Below are positions 30,877 to 43,994 of a DNA stretch of 64,000 nt, piece by piece. The translations under genes and the position numbers were made by a program. The stretch lies in the NCBI RefSeq assembly GCF_009914755.1, contig NC_060929.1; one strand, given 5' to 3'. This DNA is from the human T2T-CHM13v2.0 reference genome, Homo sapiens. The notes under the pieces are model-generated. The model was not told the origin of the DNA, searched no databases, and worked only from the letters and a program-made list of their open reading frames with translations. Every line of letters begins with the position of its first letter. Positions within the stretch are counted from its first letter, which is position 1.

Positions 30877-32335
30877 TTAATCTAAAAAGCTTCTGCACAG
30901 CAAAAGAAACTATCATCAGTGTGAACAGGCAACCTACAGAATATGAGAAAATTTTTCCAATCTATCCATCTGACAAAGGTATAATATCCAGAATCTACAA
31001 GGAACTTAAACAAATTTACAAGGAAAAAAAAACAAACAACTCCATCAAAAAGTGGGTGAAGGATATGAACAGACACTTCTCAAAAGAAGACATTTATGTG
31101 ACAAGCAAACATGAAAAAAAGCTCATCATCACCGGTCATTAGAGAAATTCAAATCAAAACCACAATGAGATGCCATCTCATGCCAGTTAGAATGGCGATC
31201 ATTAAAAAGTCAGGAAACAACAGATGCTGGTGAGGATGTAGAGAAACAGGAATGCTTTTACACTGTTGGTGGGAGTGTAAATTAGTTCAACCATTGTGGA
31301 AGACAGTGTGGTGATTCCTCAAGGATCTAGAACCAGAAATATCATTTGACGCAGCAACCCCATTACTGGGTATATACCAAAGGATTATAAATCATTCTAC
31401 TATAAAGACACATGCACATGTATGTTTATTGCAGTGCTATTCACAATAGGAAAGACTTGGAACCAACCCAAATGCCCATCAATGACAGATTGGATAAAGA
31501 AAATGTGGCACATATACACCGTGGAATACTATGCAGCCACAAGAAAGGATGAGTTCATGTCCTTTGCAGGTACATGGATGAAGCTGGAAACCATTATTCT
31601 CAGTAAACTAACACAGGAACAGAAAACCAAACACTGCATTTTCCACAATGGTTGAACTAAAGTACCCTCCCACCAACAGTGGGTAAAGAATATGAACAAA
31701 CACTTCTCAAAATAAGACATTTATGTGGCCAACAAACATATGAAAAAAAGTTCATCATTACTGGTCATTAGAGAAATGCAAATCAAAACCACAATGAGAT
31801 ACTATCTCGTGCCAGTTAGAATGGCAATCATTAAAAAGTCAGGAAACAACAGATGCTGGAGAGGATCTGGAGAAATAGGATGTGGCAAATATACACCATG
31901 GAATGCTATGCAGCCATAAAAGAGGATGAGTTCATGTCCTTCCCAGGGACATGGATGAAGCTGGAAACCATCATTCTCAGCAAACTAGCACAGGAACAGA
32001 AAACCAAACACTGCATGTTCTCACTTATAAGTGGGAGTTGAACAATGAGAACACAGGAACAGAAAACCAAACATCACACGTTCTCACTCATAAGTGGGAG
32101 CTGAACAATGAGAACGCATGAACTCAGGGAGGGGAACAACACACATTGGGGCTTGTCAGGTTGGGGGTGTTGGGGGCAAGGGGAGGGAGAGCATTAGTAC
32201 AAATACCTACTGCATGCGGGGCTTAAAACCTAGATGACGGGTTGATGGGTGCAGCAAACCACCATGGCACACGTATACCTATGTAACAAACCCGCACGTT
32301 CTGCACATGTATCACAGAACTTAAAGTTTAATAAA
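30877..32335 (+). mobile_element. L1PA7/8-like 3' portion with internal inversion and duplications
   Basis: ORF2 3' end and 3'UTR ending ...gcttaaaacctagatgacgggttgatgggtgcagcaaa...cttaaagtttaataaaa; repeated segments described in findings. Confidence 0.88.
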
Positions 32336-32343
32336 ATTTTTTT

Positions 32344-32535
<192 letters not shown>

Positions 32536-33429
32536 TTATTCTATCATAGAACCAGATAGTAGCAGCTCATTTAAAGGATCTGTAAATATAAGCTGTAATT
32601 TTTCTGCCATCTCCAGATGAACACTTCCTTGATTTCCAGTCAGATTTTACTGTTAGAGAGCTGTCCCTTTCAATGGAGTCATACCTGTCTCTAATTTCAA
32701 TCAGGTTCTACCTGTGCATTCTTGGGTTATATGAAGTAGAACTAACTGTTGTTGTTGTTGTTTTCTGCCTGATCCTAAAGAATTTCAAGCCTTTCCTAAG
32801 TGTTCAAAGTGCCAATGGGTAACAGTTCTGGATTAAAGTTGATTATAAACAGATTCTATGAATTCTCTATATATTATGTGAATACTTTATTTTCATCAAG
32901 GAAAACATTCTCTCATCCAATTTTTGTAATTCGTGGCTATCTCTCATTTATTAGGCACAAACCACTTAGAATTGGAATGTCCTCTCCGTGAAATGATTCT
33001 TTGTCGTCACGAAATGATTCTTTATCCCTGGTGATATTCTTTGCTCTGGAATCTACTTTGTCTGATATTAACATAGGCACTCAAGCTTTTTTTTTTATTT
33101 GTGTAGGTATCATATATTTTATCCCATTCTTTTACTTTTGAACTATTTTTGTATTTATATTTAAAGTATGTCTCTTTAGGCAGCAAATAGTTTGGGCTTC
33201 CTTTTTAAAAAATCTAATCTGTCAATCTCTATCTTTTAATTTACATATATAACCTATATCTATGTATAATACATTTACATAAAGTATATTCTTACATTTA
33301 ATATATACATAATTTACATAAAACAGATTTACATATTTCATAATCCGCATGGTCAGATTTGCATCTACCATCTTATTATCTTTACCAATTGTTTTCTATT
33401 TTTATCACCTGCTTTCTATTTTTACTACC

Positions 33430-33637
33430 TTTTTTTTCTGAGACAGGATCTCGCTCTTTTGCCCAAGCTGTAGTGTAGTGGCATGATCCTGGCTCACTGT
33501 AGCCTCGACCTCTCTAGGCTCAGGTGATCCTCCCACCTCAGCCTCCCAAGTTACTGGGGCTGTAGGCATGCACCACCATTCCTGGCTAATTTTTCTATCT
33601 TTTGTACAGATGGGATTTCACCATGATGCCCAGGCTG
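33430..33637 (-). mobile_element. AluJ, 5'-truncated
   Basis: gagacaggatctcgctc...gcctcgacctct..ggctcaggtgatcctcccacc...ccatgatgcccaggctg. Confidence 0.85.
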
Positions 33638-34253
33638 CTACCACCTGTGTTTTAATTCCCCTTTTCTTCTTTTCTGCTTTCTCTTGGATGAATCAAGTAT
33701 TATGATATCATTGTATCTTCTTTTGTTAATTTACTAACTATAAATCTTTGGTTGTTGTTGTTATTGTTTAAACAGTTGGTTATTTTCAAAAGAGATTTAA
33801 ATAATAAAAAAATATATTTATCCATGTAGCTACTCTTTTTAGTGATTTCCTTTCCTTTGCATAGATTCATATTTCTATCTAATATATTTTGTCTTCTGCC
33901 TGCCTGAAAAATCTTCCTTTAACATTTCTTCTAGTGCAGGTCTGCAGTAAGTGCTGAATTCTTTTAACTCTTTTATGTAAAATCGTCTTTATTTCACCCT
34001 CATTTTCAAAAGTTGATTTCATGGGACATAGAATTCTAGCTGGTAGTTTTTTCCTTCAGTCACTTAAAGATATAGTTTCATTTCCTCTTCACCTAACATT
34101 GTTTATTTTTTTTAATCTGGTATTATCTTATTCTTTACTCCTTTGTATGTAATGGGATTTCTCCCTCACCTCTCTCACCCATCTACCAGCTGATTTTAAG
34201 ACTTCTTGTCTCAATATTTTTGAACAATTTGATAATGGTGTGCCTTGATATAG

Positions 34254-34256
<3 letters not shown>

Positions 34257-34297
<41 letters not shown>
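34257..34297. repeat. (AC)n microsatellite
   Basis: ~20 uninterrupted AC units. Confidence 0.97.
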
Positions 34298-34298
<1 letters not shown>

Positions 34299-34320
34299 TG
34301 TGCTTAGGATTCTTTTAAAT

Positions 34321-34393
34321 TCTTGGACCTCTTAGTTTATAGTTTCTTGGACCTCTTAGTTTATAGTTTCTTGGACCTCTTAGTTTATAGTTT
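34321..34393. repeat. Perfect 24-bp tandem triplication
   Basis: (tcttggacctcttagtttatagtt)x3. Confidence 0.97.
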
Positions 34394-37300
34394 GAAACAA
34401 ATTTTGGCTGTTATTACTTCTAATATTTTTTTTTTACTTCCCAAGACCCACTTTCAGGGACTATAATTATATTAGTCTGCTTACAATTATCCCACAGCTT
34501 GCTGTTGGTCTTATCTTTTTTTTTCTGTTTTATTTTGGACAGTTACTATTGTACACCTTCAAGTTTATTAATCTTTTCTTCAACAAGGTCAAATTATTGT
34601 TAATTACATTTAGTATATTTTTAATCTCAGATTCAGATTATGTTTTGTTTTTATTCCTTGTCTCTGCTTTACATTTTTGAATTTATGAAACAGTTATAAT
34701 AACTGTTTTAATGTTCTTAAGTATAATTCTAACATCCGTAACAGTTTTGAGTCATTTATCCTACTTGTGAATCATATGTCCTTGCTTCTTGGTATGCCTA
34801 GTAATTTTAGACTGAGTGCCAGACATTGCTAATTTTACATTATTGAGTAGTGAATGCTTTTTGTATTTCTGTAAATATAAAGTTTTGCCCTGGGACACAG
34901 ATAAGTTACTTGGAAACCATATAATCTTTTTGGGTCTTGCTGTTAAATGTTTTAAAGTAGAACCTATGGCTAATTATCCCCTACTACTGAGCCGCAGCCT
35001 GGTCTTCTGGGAATCAGAGCTGTGTGCCTGTGCCTGAGCTTCTTCTCCGTGCTCTATGGCTTAGACATTTTCTCAGGCCAGTAAACTGGAGCAATTTTAG
35101 GGTTTAGCTTGTTTGTTTACTATCTCGTGTATGACTTTTCTTCATTTCAAAAGACTGATGTCCACAACCTTGAAGATCATTGTTTAATATATTGTGTATT
35201 TGTATTTGTTGTTGTTGTTTGTTTGCTGCAGGCAGGAGTGTAACCCCAGTCCCTGTTACTTTATTTTGGCTAGAAGAAGAAGACATCCAGACAGTTTTTT
35301 CCTATTGATTTTGCCTCTTATTATGGGATTATTTTCCTGTTTCTTTGTATGTCTGGTATTTTTTAATTTTCTGCTAGACATTGTGATTTACTTTGTTAGG
35401 TGATGGATATTTTTTGTATTCCTGTAAATATCTTTGAACTTTGTCCTGGGACACAATTAAGTTACTTGGAAATAGTTTGCCCATTTTAAGCTTGTTTTTA
35501 AGCTTTGTTAGGTGGAACCAGAATAGGCTTTGAGGTTAATTTTGCCCCACTACTGGGGCAACACATCTCTCTAATCTGTAAATGAATGGCAAGGTTTTTC
35601 TTTCTGACTTACAGGAACACAAGTTATCTCCTCCCATATGTAAGTTCTGGAAATCATTCCTTCTAATCCTTAGAGTGATTCTTTCTGCAGCCTGGAGTAG
35701 TTTTCTCATGTACATTTACCTGTCAGTACTCAACTGAAGATTCTAAATAAACTATGTGCCACAAATCTCCAAATGTTTCTCTTTGAATCTTTCTCTTCTT
35801 GTTAACATGCCACGGAAATTTTACCTCCTTTGGTCTCACAGACCCTCAGGTTTGTATGATCATCTCAGGGAAGCTTCTATTAGCTACCTGTGTTCTCCCT
35901 CTCCGTGCTACAGCCTGGCAACTTTCTACAGGCTGTGAACTGTGGTAATGTAGGGATAACTTGGTTTGTTTCCCCCCTCCCAAGAATCACTGCACTGTAT
36001 TATATCATGTCCAGTGTCAAAAACAATTGCTTTTGCTTTTATTTTTTTCTCATTGTTTCAGGTGAAAGAATAAAATAGTTTCTGTTATTCCATTTATGCC
36101 AGAAGCAGAAATCATATTTATAATTTAAAAATAAACTGATGTATTCCTTAACCCACACCTCAATTTGTGTTTCTATTTTCAGGATGTAAAGCCGGCATAT
36201 TAATATTCTCATTTCCCCAATTAAAGCCTTCACATTATTTGATTCCTAATAAAATTATAAAAGCTATGTCTTCAAGCAGCTTTAACATTGTTAAGAAAGG
36301 TGAAGGACATAAGGAAAAGACAGAATCTTGATTTAATAGACTTCTATCTGATTCTGATTATCACCACTTATTATTTGTGTCTATGGGGAAGCTCCTATAT
36401 CTCTCTAAGTTTCAGTAAATTGAGAATGATAACAATGATACATGTCCAGCCTATTCTACAGGCTGATCATGAGGACAAATGAGAATGCATACAGAAAAAC
36501 ACGGATAATTTGTAAGCATTTTACAAGTGTTAGTATTTACCTTCATCACCAAGACTAGTTTAAGTTCATTTTTTGCTTTCAATCCATTGATGTCTTTCAA
36601 TTCTCTTTATTTTTCTAAAGATATACCTCTCCTTTGGACTCATTCCATATTTTCCTTTTCTTTCATATCCTAGTGTCACTGAGTTGGTGTTTAAAACTCT
36701 GTTGAATATGAAAAAAATATATCAGAACATGAGTCACGAGGCCTGAGTTCCTGTCTCAGCTCTTCCATTTATGGCTAATAGATTTGAGACAAATTAGTCA
36801 ATCATGCAGATCTTTAAACTTCTCATCCATGAAATGGAAATAACACCTTCTCTCTCCTTAATTTAAAGGTGAGGATCAGCTATATAAAATAAACAGAATG
36901 TAAATATTTAAATATTAATACACACATATTGTGTGCAAACTGGTATTATACAAGTTATTCTATAACTATGCACTATTAGGCAATAAATTATACATAAAAT
37001 TGCTCTATAATAATATAACAAACAAATGCCTTTAGTAATGCTAATAACTGTAAGAAGTACTTAAATAATTTTCTATACAGTTTTTAAGTACTTTTCCCAG
37101 CAGCATAACAAGTATTTTTTATCTAGAAGAGACAGAAAAAATAGTCCCTGTACTGTAGACAAAAGACAGTTATTACTTTTTCCAGGGTTGTTTATGTGGA
37201 TGGCAAATAAATGTCCACTATGTATAGTTTCTTGCTCAGAAATATGAAAATTAAAATTTGACCTCTCAGAGGTCAGAGATTCTATCTGTTTTTTTTAGAA

Positions 37301-38318
37301 GTTTAACATTGGGCTCTAACACAGTGCTAGGCAAATGCAGGCATTTAGTTAATATTTGTCATATTCACCTGGAGAGTATTATGGAGCTCATCTGGAATAC
37401 CATAATAATTTCTTAACCTTGGGTTTAGATTTTTAAATTTTTAAATCACATTTTAGTGAGTTGGTCCCACGCCTGAGAATTCCCTGATTTTAGAGTTATT
37501 ACTCATTCGCTTCTTCCTTTTTTTTTCTGTCTATTGAATCAAGGTTGTGGTGTGACACAATGGTTAGTGCTGTTTAACTTGGTACATTCTTAATTTTTAA
37601 ACCTTACAACATGGATTTGAGTCTCAGCTTGACCGCTTACATGCCATGTGGCCTGCTGTGAGTCACTGAGCCTCTCTACGTTTTTGTTACCTTCCTTTTA
37701 AACCAGCCTTCTTTCTTAAAGCAACTGAGATGAAATAAAACAGTAATTGTGGAAATTTGTTGTAGATTATAAGGCGGAATTCATCTTTTTGGGTTTTTTT
37801 ACTCATTCATTTATTGATTTCACTAAAAATATCATTTATCTAATTGGAGAGATAGACAAGTCAACTGACAATTTCAAGACTGTGTCATGAGTGCAAGGTG
37901 TGGAAGTAGTAATGGCACCGGGTACTGAGGGGCAAAGAGTAAGAACACTCTATTAAGGGTCAGGAAGGGAGCCTCTGGGAACACACAGTCTAAGCGGAAT
38001 CCTACAAGCAAAGATATAGAAGTAAAGGAAAAGATCATCCTACAAAACAAAGAAGCAATATGTGAATGCTTTAGTAATGGGAAACGTTATCAAGTAAACA
38101 TTTTTGGTGAACGGTATTTGGGTTAAAGCAAGAGAAGTCTGGAAGTCTGTCTAGCTCTGTTACACACATTGCTGGAGGACATCAAAATGTGTGCATTAAA
38201 GCCCTTGAGAGTACAAAAGATAAAATCTATACAAAGGAGCCAAAAGACTGATAACAAATGCAATATGTGAACTCCAACCTGAAAGTTTGTTAACCAGTTG
38301 GCTTTCTACTTTATCTAA

Positions 38319-41117
38319 TGGCAAAGATTATTTCTTCGACCAAACTTTAATCAAATTCCTCTGAACCCTCTTTTTGACTGGGCCTTAACCTTGGCCTATG
38401 AGAACTGCAAATTCTTAGCCCAAATGATGATGTCTACCTCCCTTTGTACTAAGAGGCTTGAACAAATGTTACCACAGTTTCTAATACCTCAAGAACATGT
38501 TCCTGATGACCCAGCCCCTGCTTAAGTTCCTATCTGAAAAGCTCAATGCTACCTAAATAATTTACTATTTACCTGACTGTAGACCCATGACCTCCCATTT
38601 CTTAGAGCATTTACTTTAGAAAACTTGCATCTATAAATTAGCAAACACAAATGGCCTAACCACAATGACCAACCTTCCCTGACATCTCCTTTAGTACTTT
38701 TCCTTTAGCACATGATATGGTTTGGGTCTGTGTCACCACCACATCTCATGTAGCTCCGATAATTCCCATGTATTGTGGGAGGGACCTGGTGGGAGATGAC
38801 TGAATCATGGGGGCGAGTCTTTCCAGTGCTGTTCTTGTGATAGTGAATAAGTCTCACAGGATCTGATGGTTATAGAAGTAGGAGTTTCCCTGCACAAGCT
38901 CTCTTTGCCTGCTGCCATCCATGTAAGATGTGAGTTGCTCCTTCTTGCCTTCCACCATGATTGTGAAGCCTCCCCAGGCATGTGGAACTGTAAATCCAAT
39001 AAACATCTTTCTTTTGTAAATGCCCAGTCTTGGGTATGTCTTTATCAGCAGCATGAAAACGGACTAATACAGTAAATTGGTACCAGGAGTGGGGTGTTTC
39101 TGAAAAGATACCCAAAACCGTGGAAGCAGTTTTGGAACTTGGTAACAGACAGAGGTTGGAACAGTTTGGATGGTCCAGAAGAAGACAAGAAAATGTGGGA
39201 AAGTTTGGAATTCCCTAGAGACTTGTTAAATGGCCTTGACAAAAATGCTAATAGTGATGTGAATGATAAGGTTCAGGCTGAGGTGGTCTCAGATGGAGAT
39301 GAGGAACTTGTTGGGAACTGGGGCAAAGATGACTCTTCTTATGTTTTAACAAAGAGACTGGTGGCATTTTGCCCCTGCCCTAGAGATTTGTGGAACTTTA
39401 AACTTCAGAGAGATGATTTAGGGTATCTGGCAGAAGAAATTTCTAAGCAGCAGAGCATTCAAGAGATAACTTGGGTGCTCTTAAAGGCATTCAGCTTTTT
39501 AAGGGAAGCAGAACATAAAAGTTTGGAAAATTTGCAGCCTGACAGTGTGATAAAAAAAAAGAAAATCCATTTTCTGAGGAGAAATTCAAGCCAGTTGCAT
39601 AAATTTGCATAAGTAGCAAGGAGCCTGATGTTAATCCCCAAGACAATGGGAAAATGTCTCCAAGAGATATCAGAGACCTTTGTGGCAGCCCCTCCCATTA
39701 CATGCCCAGAGGTTTAGGAGGAAAAAATGGTTCTCTAGGCCAGGCTTAGGGTCCCTCTGCTGTGTGCAGCCCTGCGTTGAAGACACTCCAGTGGCTGAAG
39801 GGGGCCATGGCTTGGGCTATGGCTTCCGAGGGTGCAAGCCTGAAGCCTTGACAGCTTCCACATGGTGTTGAGCCTGTGAGTGCACAGAAGTCAAGAACTG
39901 AGGTTTGAAAACCTCAGCCTAGATCTCAGATATATGGAAATGCCTGGATGTCCAGGCAGAAGTTTTCTGTAGGGGTGAGGTCCTCATGGAGAACCTCTGC
40001 TAGGGCAGTACAGAAGAGAAATGTGGAGTAGGAGCCCCCACACAGAGTCCCTACTGGGCACCACTTGGTGGAGCTGTTAGAAGAGAGCCTTCATCCTCCA
40101 GAACCCAGAATAGCAGATCCACAGGTAGCTTGCACCATATGCCTGAGAAAGCCACAAACACTCAGTGCCAGCCTGTGAAGGCAGCTGGGAGGGAGGCGGT
40201 ACCCTGCAAAGCCACAGAGGTGGAGTTGCCCAAGACCATGGGAACCCACCTCTTGCATCAGCATGACCTGGATATGAGACATAGATTCAAAATATATCAT
40301 TTTGGAACTTTAAGATTTGACTGCCTTCCTGAATTTTCGACTTGCATGGCATCTGTAGCCCCTTTGTTTTGGCCAATATCTCCCATTTGGAACAGCTGTA
40401 TTGACCCAATGGCTGTACCCCCATTGTATCTAGAAAGTAACTAACTTGCTTTTGATTTTACAGGATCATAGGTGGAAGAGACTTGCCTTGTCTCAGAGTG
40501 TGGACTTTTAAGTTAATGCTGAAATGAGTTGAGACTTTGAGGCACTGTTGGGAAGGCATGATCAGGTTTGAAATGTGAAGATATGAGATTTGGGAGGAGC
40601 CAGGGGTAGAATGATGTAGTTTGGCTCTGTGTTCCCACACAAATCTCATCTTGTAGCTCCCATAATTCTCATGTGTTGTGGGAGAGACCTAGTGGGAGAT
40701 GACTGAATCATGGAGGTGGGTCTTTTCTGTGCTGTTCTCATGATAATGAATGAGTCTCTTGAGATCTGATTGTTTTAAAAATGGGAGTTTCTCTGCACAA
40801 TCTCTCTTTGACTGCTACAAAGATGTGACTTGCTCCTCCTTGCCTTCCACCATGATTGTGAGGCCTCCCCAGCCACGTGGAACTATGAATCCAATACACC
40901 TCTTTCTTTTGTAAATTTCCCAGTGTCGGGTATGTCTTTATCAGCAGCATGAAAATGAACTAATACAGCACACCTCAGCATTAAAAAAGCATCCTGCCTC
41001 TGGTTTTAGCAGAATTGAGCTTGGTTTCTACTGGAGTTTCTTTTCTCTATTGGAATAGCCCAGATAAAGTGAGTCTTGCCACTTTTAATAAATATTCAGC
41101 TCTGTTTCTCTTTAACA
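38319..41117 (+). mobile_element. ERV1 (MER4-group, MER67-like) solo LTR split by the THE1 insertion (38319-38712 and 40968-41117)
   Basis: tggcaaagatt..cttcgaccaaacttta.tca...; ends ctctttaaca; flanks ctaa/ctat. Subfamily uncertain. Confidence 0.65.
38713..40967 (+). mobile_element. Full-length THE1B-like MaLR (5' LTR 38713-39071, internal region, 3' LTR 40612-40967)
   Basis: Both LTRs read tgat.t.gtttgg...ctaataca; perfect 5-bp TSD GCACA (38708-38712, 40968-40972); MaLR internal ORF remnant (ORF track 39094..39612). Confidence 0.95.
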
Positions 41118-41257
41118 CTATTCTACAGGATCATAAGTTTAATGTACTGGTTACTTAAAGAGAAAGGAGCCTACATAAGACTGTATTTTCAACCGTATAA
41201 CTGTGTCTATACATTTTTACACAGTTTGCATGTGACTGGGTCAATACATACGGTGAG

Positions 41258-41661
41258 TGTATTGTTTGCTATGGCTGCCGCCACAAAATACCACAGACTG
41301 GGTGACTTAAACAACATAAATTTATTATATTTTCACATTTCTGGAGGCTAGAATTTCAAGATCAAAGTGACAGCAAGTTTGGTTTCCTCTGAAGCTTCCT
41401 TCTTGGTTTGTAATGGGCAAGTTCCCACTGTGTCCTCATGTGGTTTTTCCTCTGTGTGTGCATCACTAGTGTCTCTTTTGTGTGTCCAAATTTCCTCTTC
41501 TAGTAAGGACATCAATCAGTTTGGTCTAAGGCCTAACCTTATAACCTCATTTTAACTTAACCACCACTTTTACTTATCTCCAAATATAGGCACACCCTGA
41601 AGTAGTGGGGTTTAAGGCTTCAACATATAAATTTTGGGCAGACAGAGTTTAGCTCTTAACA
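41258..41661 (-). mobile_element. MLT1A-like MaLR solo LTR
   Basis: tgtattgtttgct..ggctgcc...aaataccacagactgggtgacttaaacaac...ggcttcaacatataaatttt...aaca; TSD gtgag/ttgag. Confidence 0.85.
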
Positions 41662-41868
41662 TTGAGTACCTGAGACACATTAGTTACAGTTGTAGGCAAT
41701 GTGGTTACTACGGTGTGTAGTGTTTAAGAAGCTGGGCTCTGGAGTTTGAATGCCTTTATTACATTGACTGTGATCATTTGCAAGATCACTGCTTACAAGC
41801 TGTATGACCTTGGAAAAGTTATAGAATCTCACCAAACCTCAGTTGCTTTACCTGTAAGAATAAAATGA

Positions 41869-42254
<386 letters not shown>

Positions 42255-42401
42255 TACAAATTATTTTGTAAAGATAATCTTTTTCTAACTTTGCTATAAA
42301 TCTAACAGTTTCATTCTTCCCTACTGTAAACACACACACACACACACACACATATTACACATATAAAATTTGCAATGCTTTTTTGCTAAAATTAGGTAGA
42401 C

Positions 42402-42699
42402 TTTTTTTTTTTTTTTTGAGAAAGAGTCTTGCTCTGTCGCCCAGGCGGGAGTGCAGTGAAGTGATCTCAGCTGACTGCAAGCTCCGCCTCCCAGGTTCAC
42501 GCCATTCTCCTGCCTCAGCCTCCCGTGTAGCTGGGGCTAAAGACACCCGCCACCGTGCCTGGCTAATTTTTTTGTATTTTTAGTAGAGACGGGGTTTCAC
42601 CGTGTTAGCCAGGGTGGTCTCAATCTCCTGACCTCGTGATCCGCCCATCTCGGCCTCCCAAAGTGCTGGGATTACAGGCGTGAGCCACCACATCCGGCC
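42402..42699 (-). mobile_element. AluY
   Basis: gcaagctccgcc, ttcacgccattc, cgtgttagccagg; TSD ggtagact. Confidence 0.93.
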
Positions 42700-43220
42700 G
42701 GTAGACTCTTAGGTACTTCAGGATTAATTTGTTATGATTTATTGAAAGACTGTAGCTCCTCAAACCTCTGTTTTCTATTGTCAGGATAAATCCTAGGAGA
42801 CTTTAAAATGCACTAAATTTTTGAGTGATAAACAGTGTGGGGCCATGGGTCAGGGGTTCAAGTAATATCAGCTATAGGGAGAAGCTGATTGTTGTTTCTA
42901 AAATAAAATATAACCCATATGAAAATATTAATACAATTAAAAATTAGACATTGAAATTCCTGTCTTCTTAATCCTAATCTAATAAAAGCAGTAATTATGT
43001 CTGTAAATAGCAGGGTCTATATACTCAGTAAACAAACAATGCCCATCCCATTCTATTATTAGATAAAATGAGAGGCTTATCTCTAGTTTCTTAGTCTTTC
43101 CAGACAAACAGAAAGGAATTCCTACAGAGAGAGTGAAGTTAGTTGGTAATGCAACATTACCAGATAAGAAGATGAGTAAAGGCTGTTTTCCAGTTAGTGT
43201 CTTTTACAAAGGAGAATATA

Positions 43221-43539
43221 GGCCGGGCGCGGTGGCTCATGCCTGTAATCCCAGCAGTTTGGAAGGCCAAGGCGGGTGGATCACGAGTTCAGGAGATACG
43301 AGACCATCCTGGCTAACACGGTGAAACCCTGTCTCTCCTAAAAATACAAAAAAAAAAAAAAAAAAAAAAAAATTAGCCAGGCACGGTGGTGGGCGCCTGT
43401 AGTCCCAGCTATTCCGGGAGGCTGAGGCAGGAGAATGGCATGAACGCTGGAGGCGGAGCTTGCAGTAAGCCGAAATTGCACCACTACACTCCAGCCTGGG
43501 GGACAGAGTGAGATTCCGCCTCAAAACAAACAAACAAAC
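43221..43539 (+). mobile_element. AluY with expanded central A-run and (AAAC)n tail
   Basis: gaccatcctggctaacacggtg, gaatggc.tgaac, gcggagcttgc; TSD aggagaatatag. Confidence 0.93.
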
Positions 43540-43757
43540 AGGAGAATATAGACATGTTAGATTGATGGGGGAAAATATTAGAATTATAGAAAAGAAAATA
43601 AAAAAATAAAAAAGAAATTATTTCATCTTTTAAGATATATTAGAATATATAAATTTTACTCATGGTCACAACATACCTCTTTTTGCCCAAGTGATTGTGT
43701 ATGTGTGTCTGTGTGTGTGTGCATGCATAGGGCTGTATCTAGTTTAAAGCACTGTAA

Positions 43758-43994
<237 letters not shown>

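Larger units (their letters stand above)
32860..36110 (-). mobile_element. Old L1M (MC/MD-like) 5' half: ORF2 start, ORF1 and 5' region with two diverged tandem units (~34770-35285 and ~35320-36110)
   Basis: tctactttgtctgatattaacatag...; repeated unit ..agacattg...ttttgtatt.ctgtaaata...cctgggacaca..taagttacttggaaa; approximate. Confidence 0.7.

Noticed and set aside
34321-34393. Regular short repeats as a possible CRISPR array
   Set aside because: The units are head-to-tail with no spacers, there are no cas genes, and the DNA is eukaryotic.
34770-36110. Diverged ~500-bp duplicated unit as a novel segmental duplication
   Set aside because: It is consistent with the tandem 5' units of old L1M families rather than a locus-specific event.
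39094-40444. 172-aa and 104-aa ORFs
   Set aside because: Fragmented THE1 internal ORF remnant with frameshifts.
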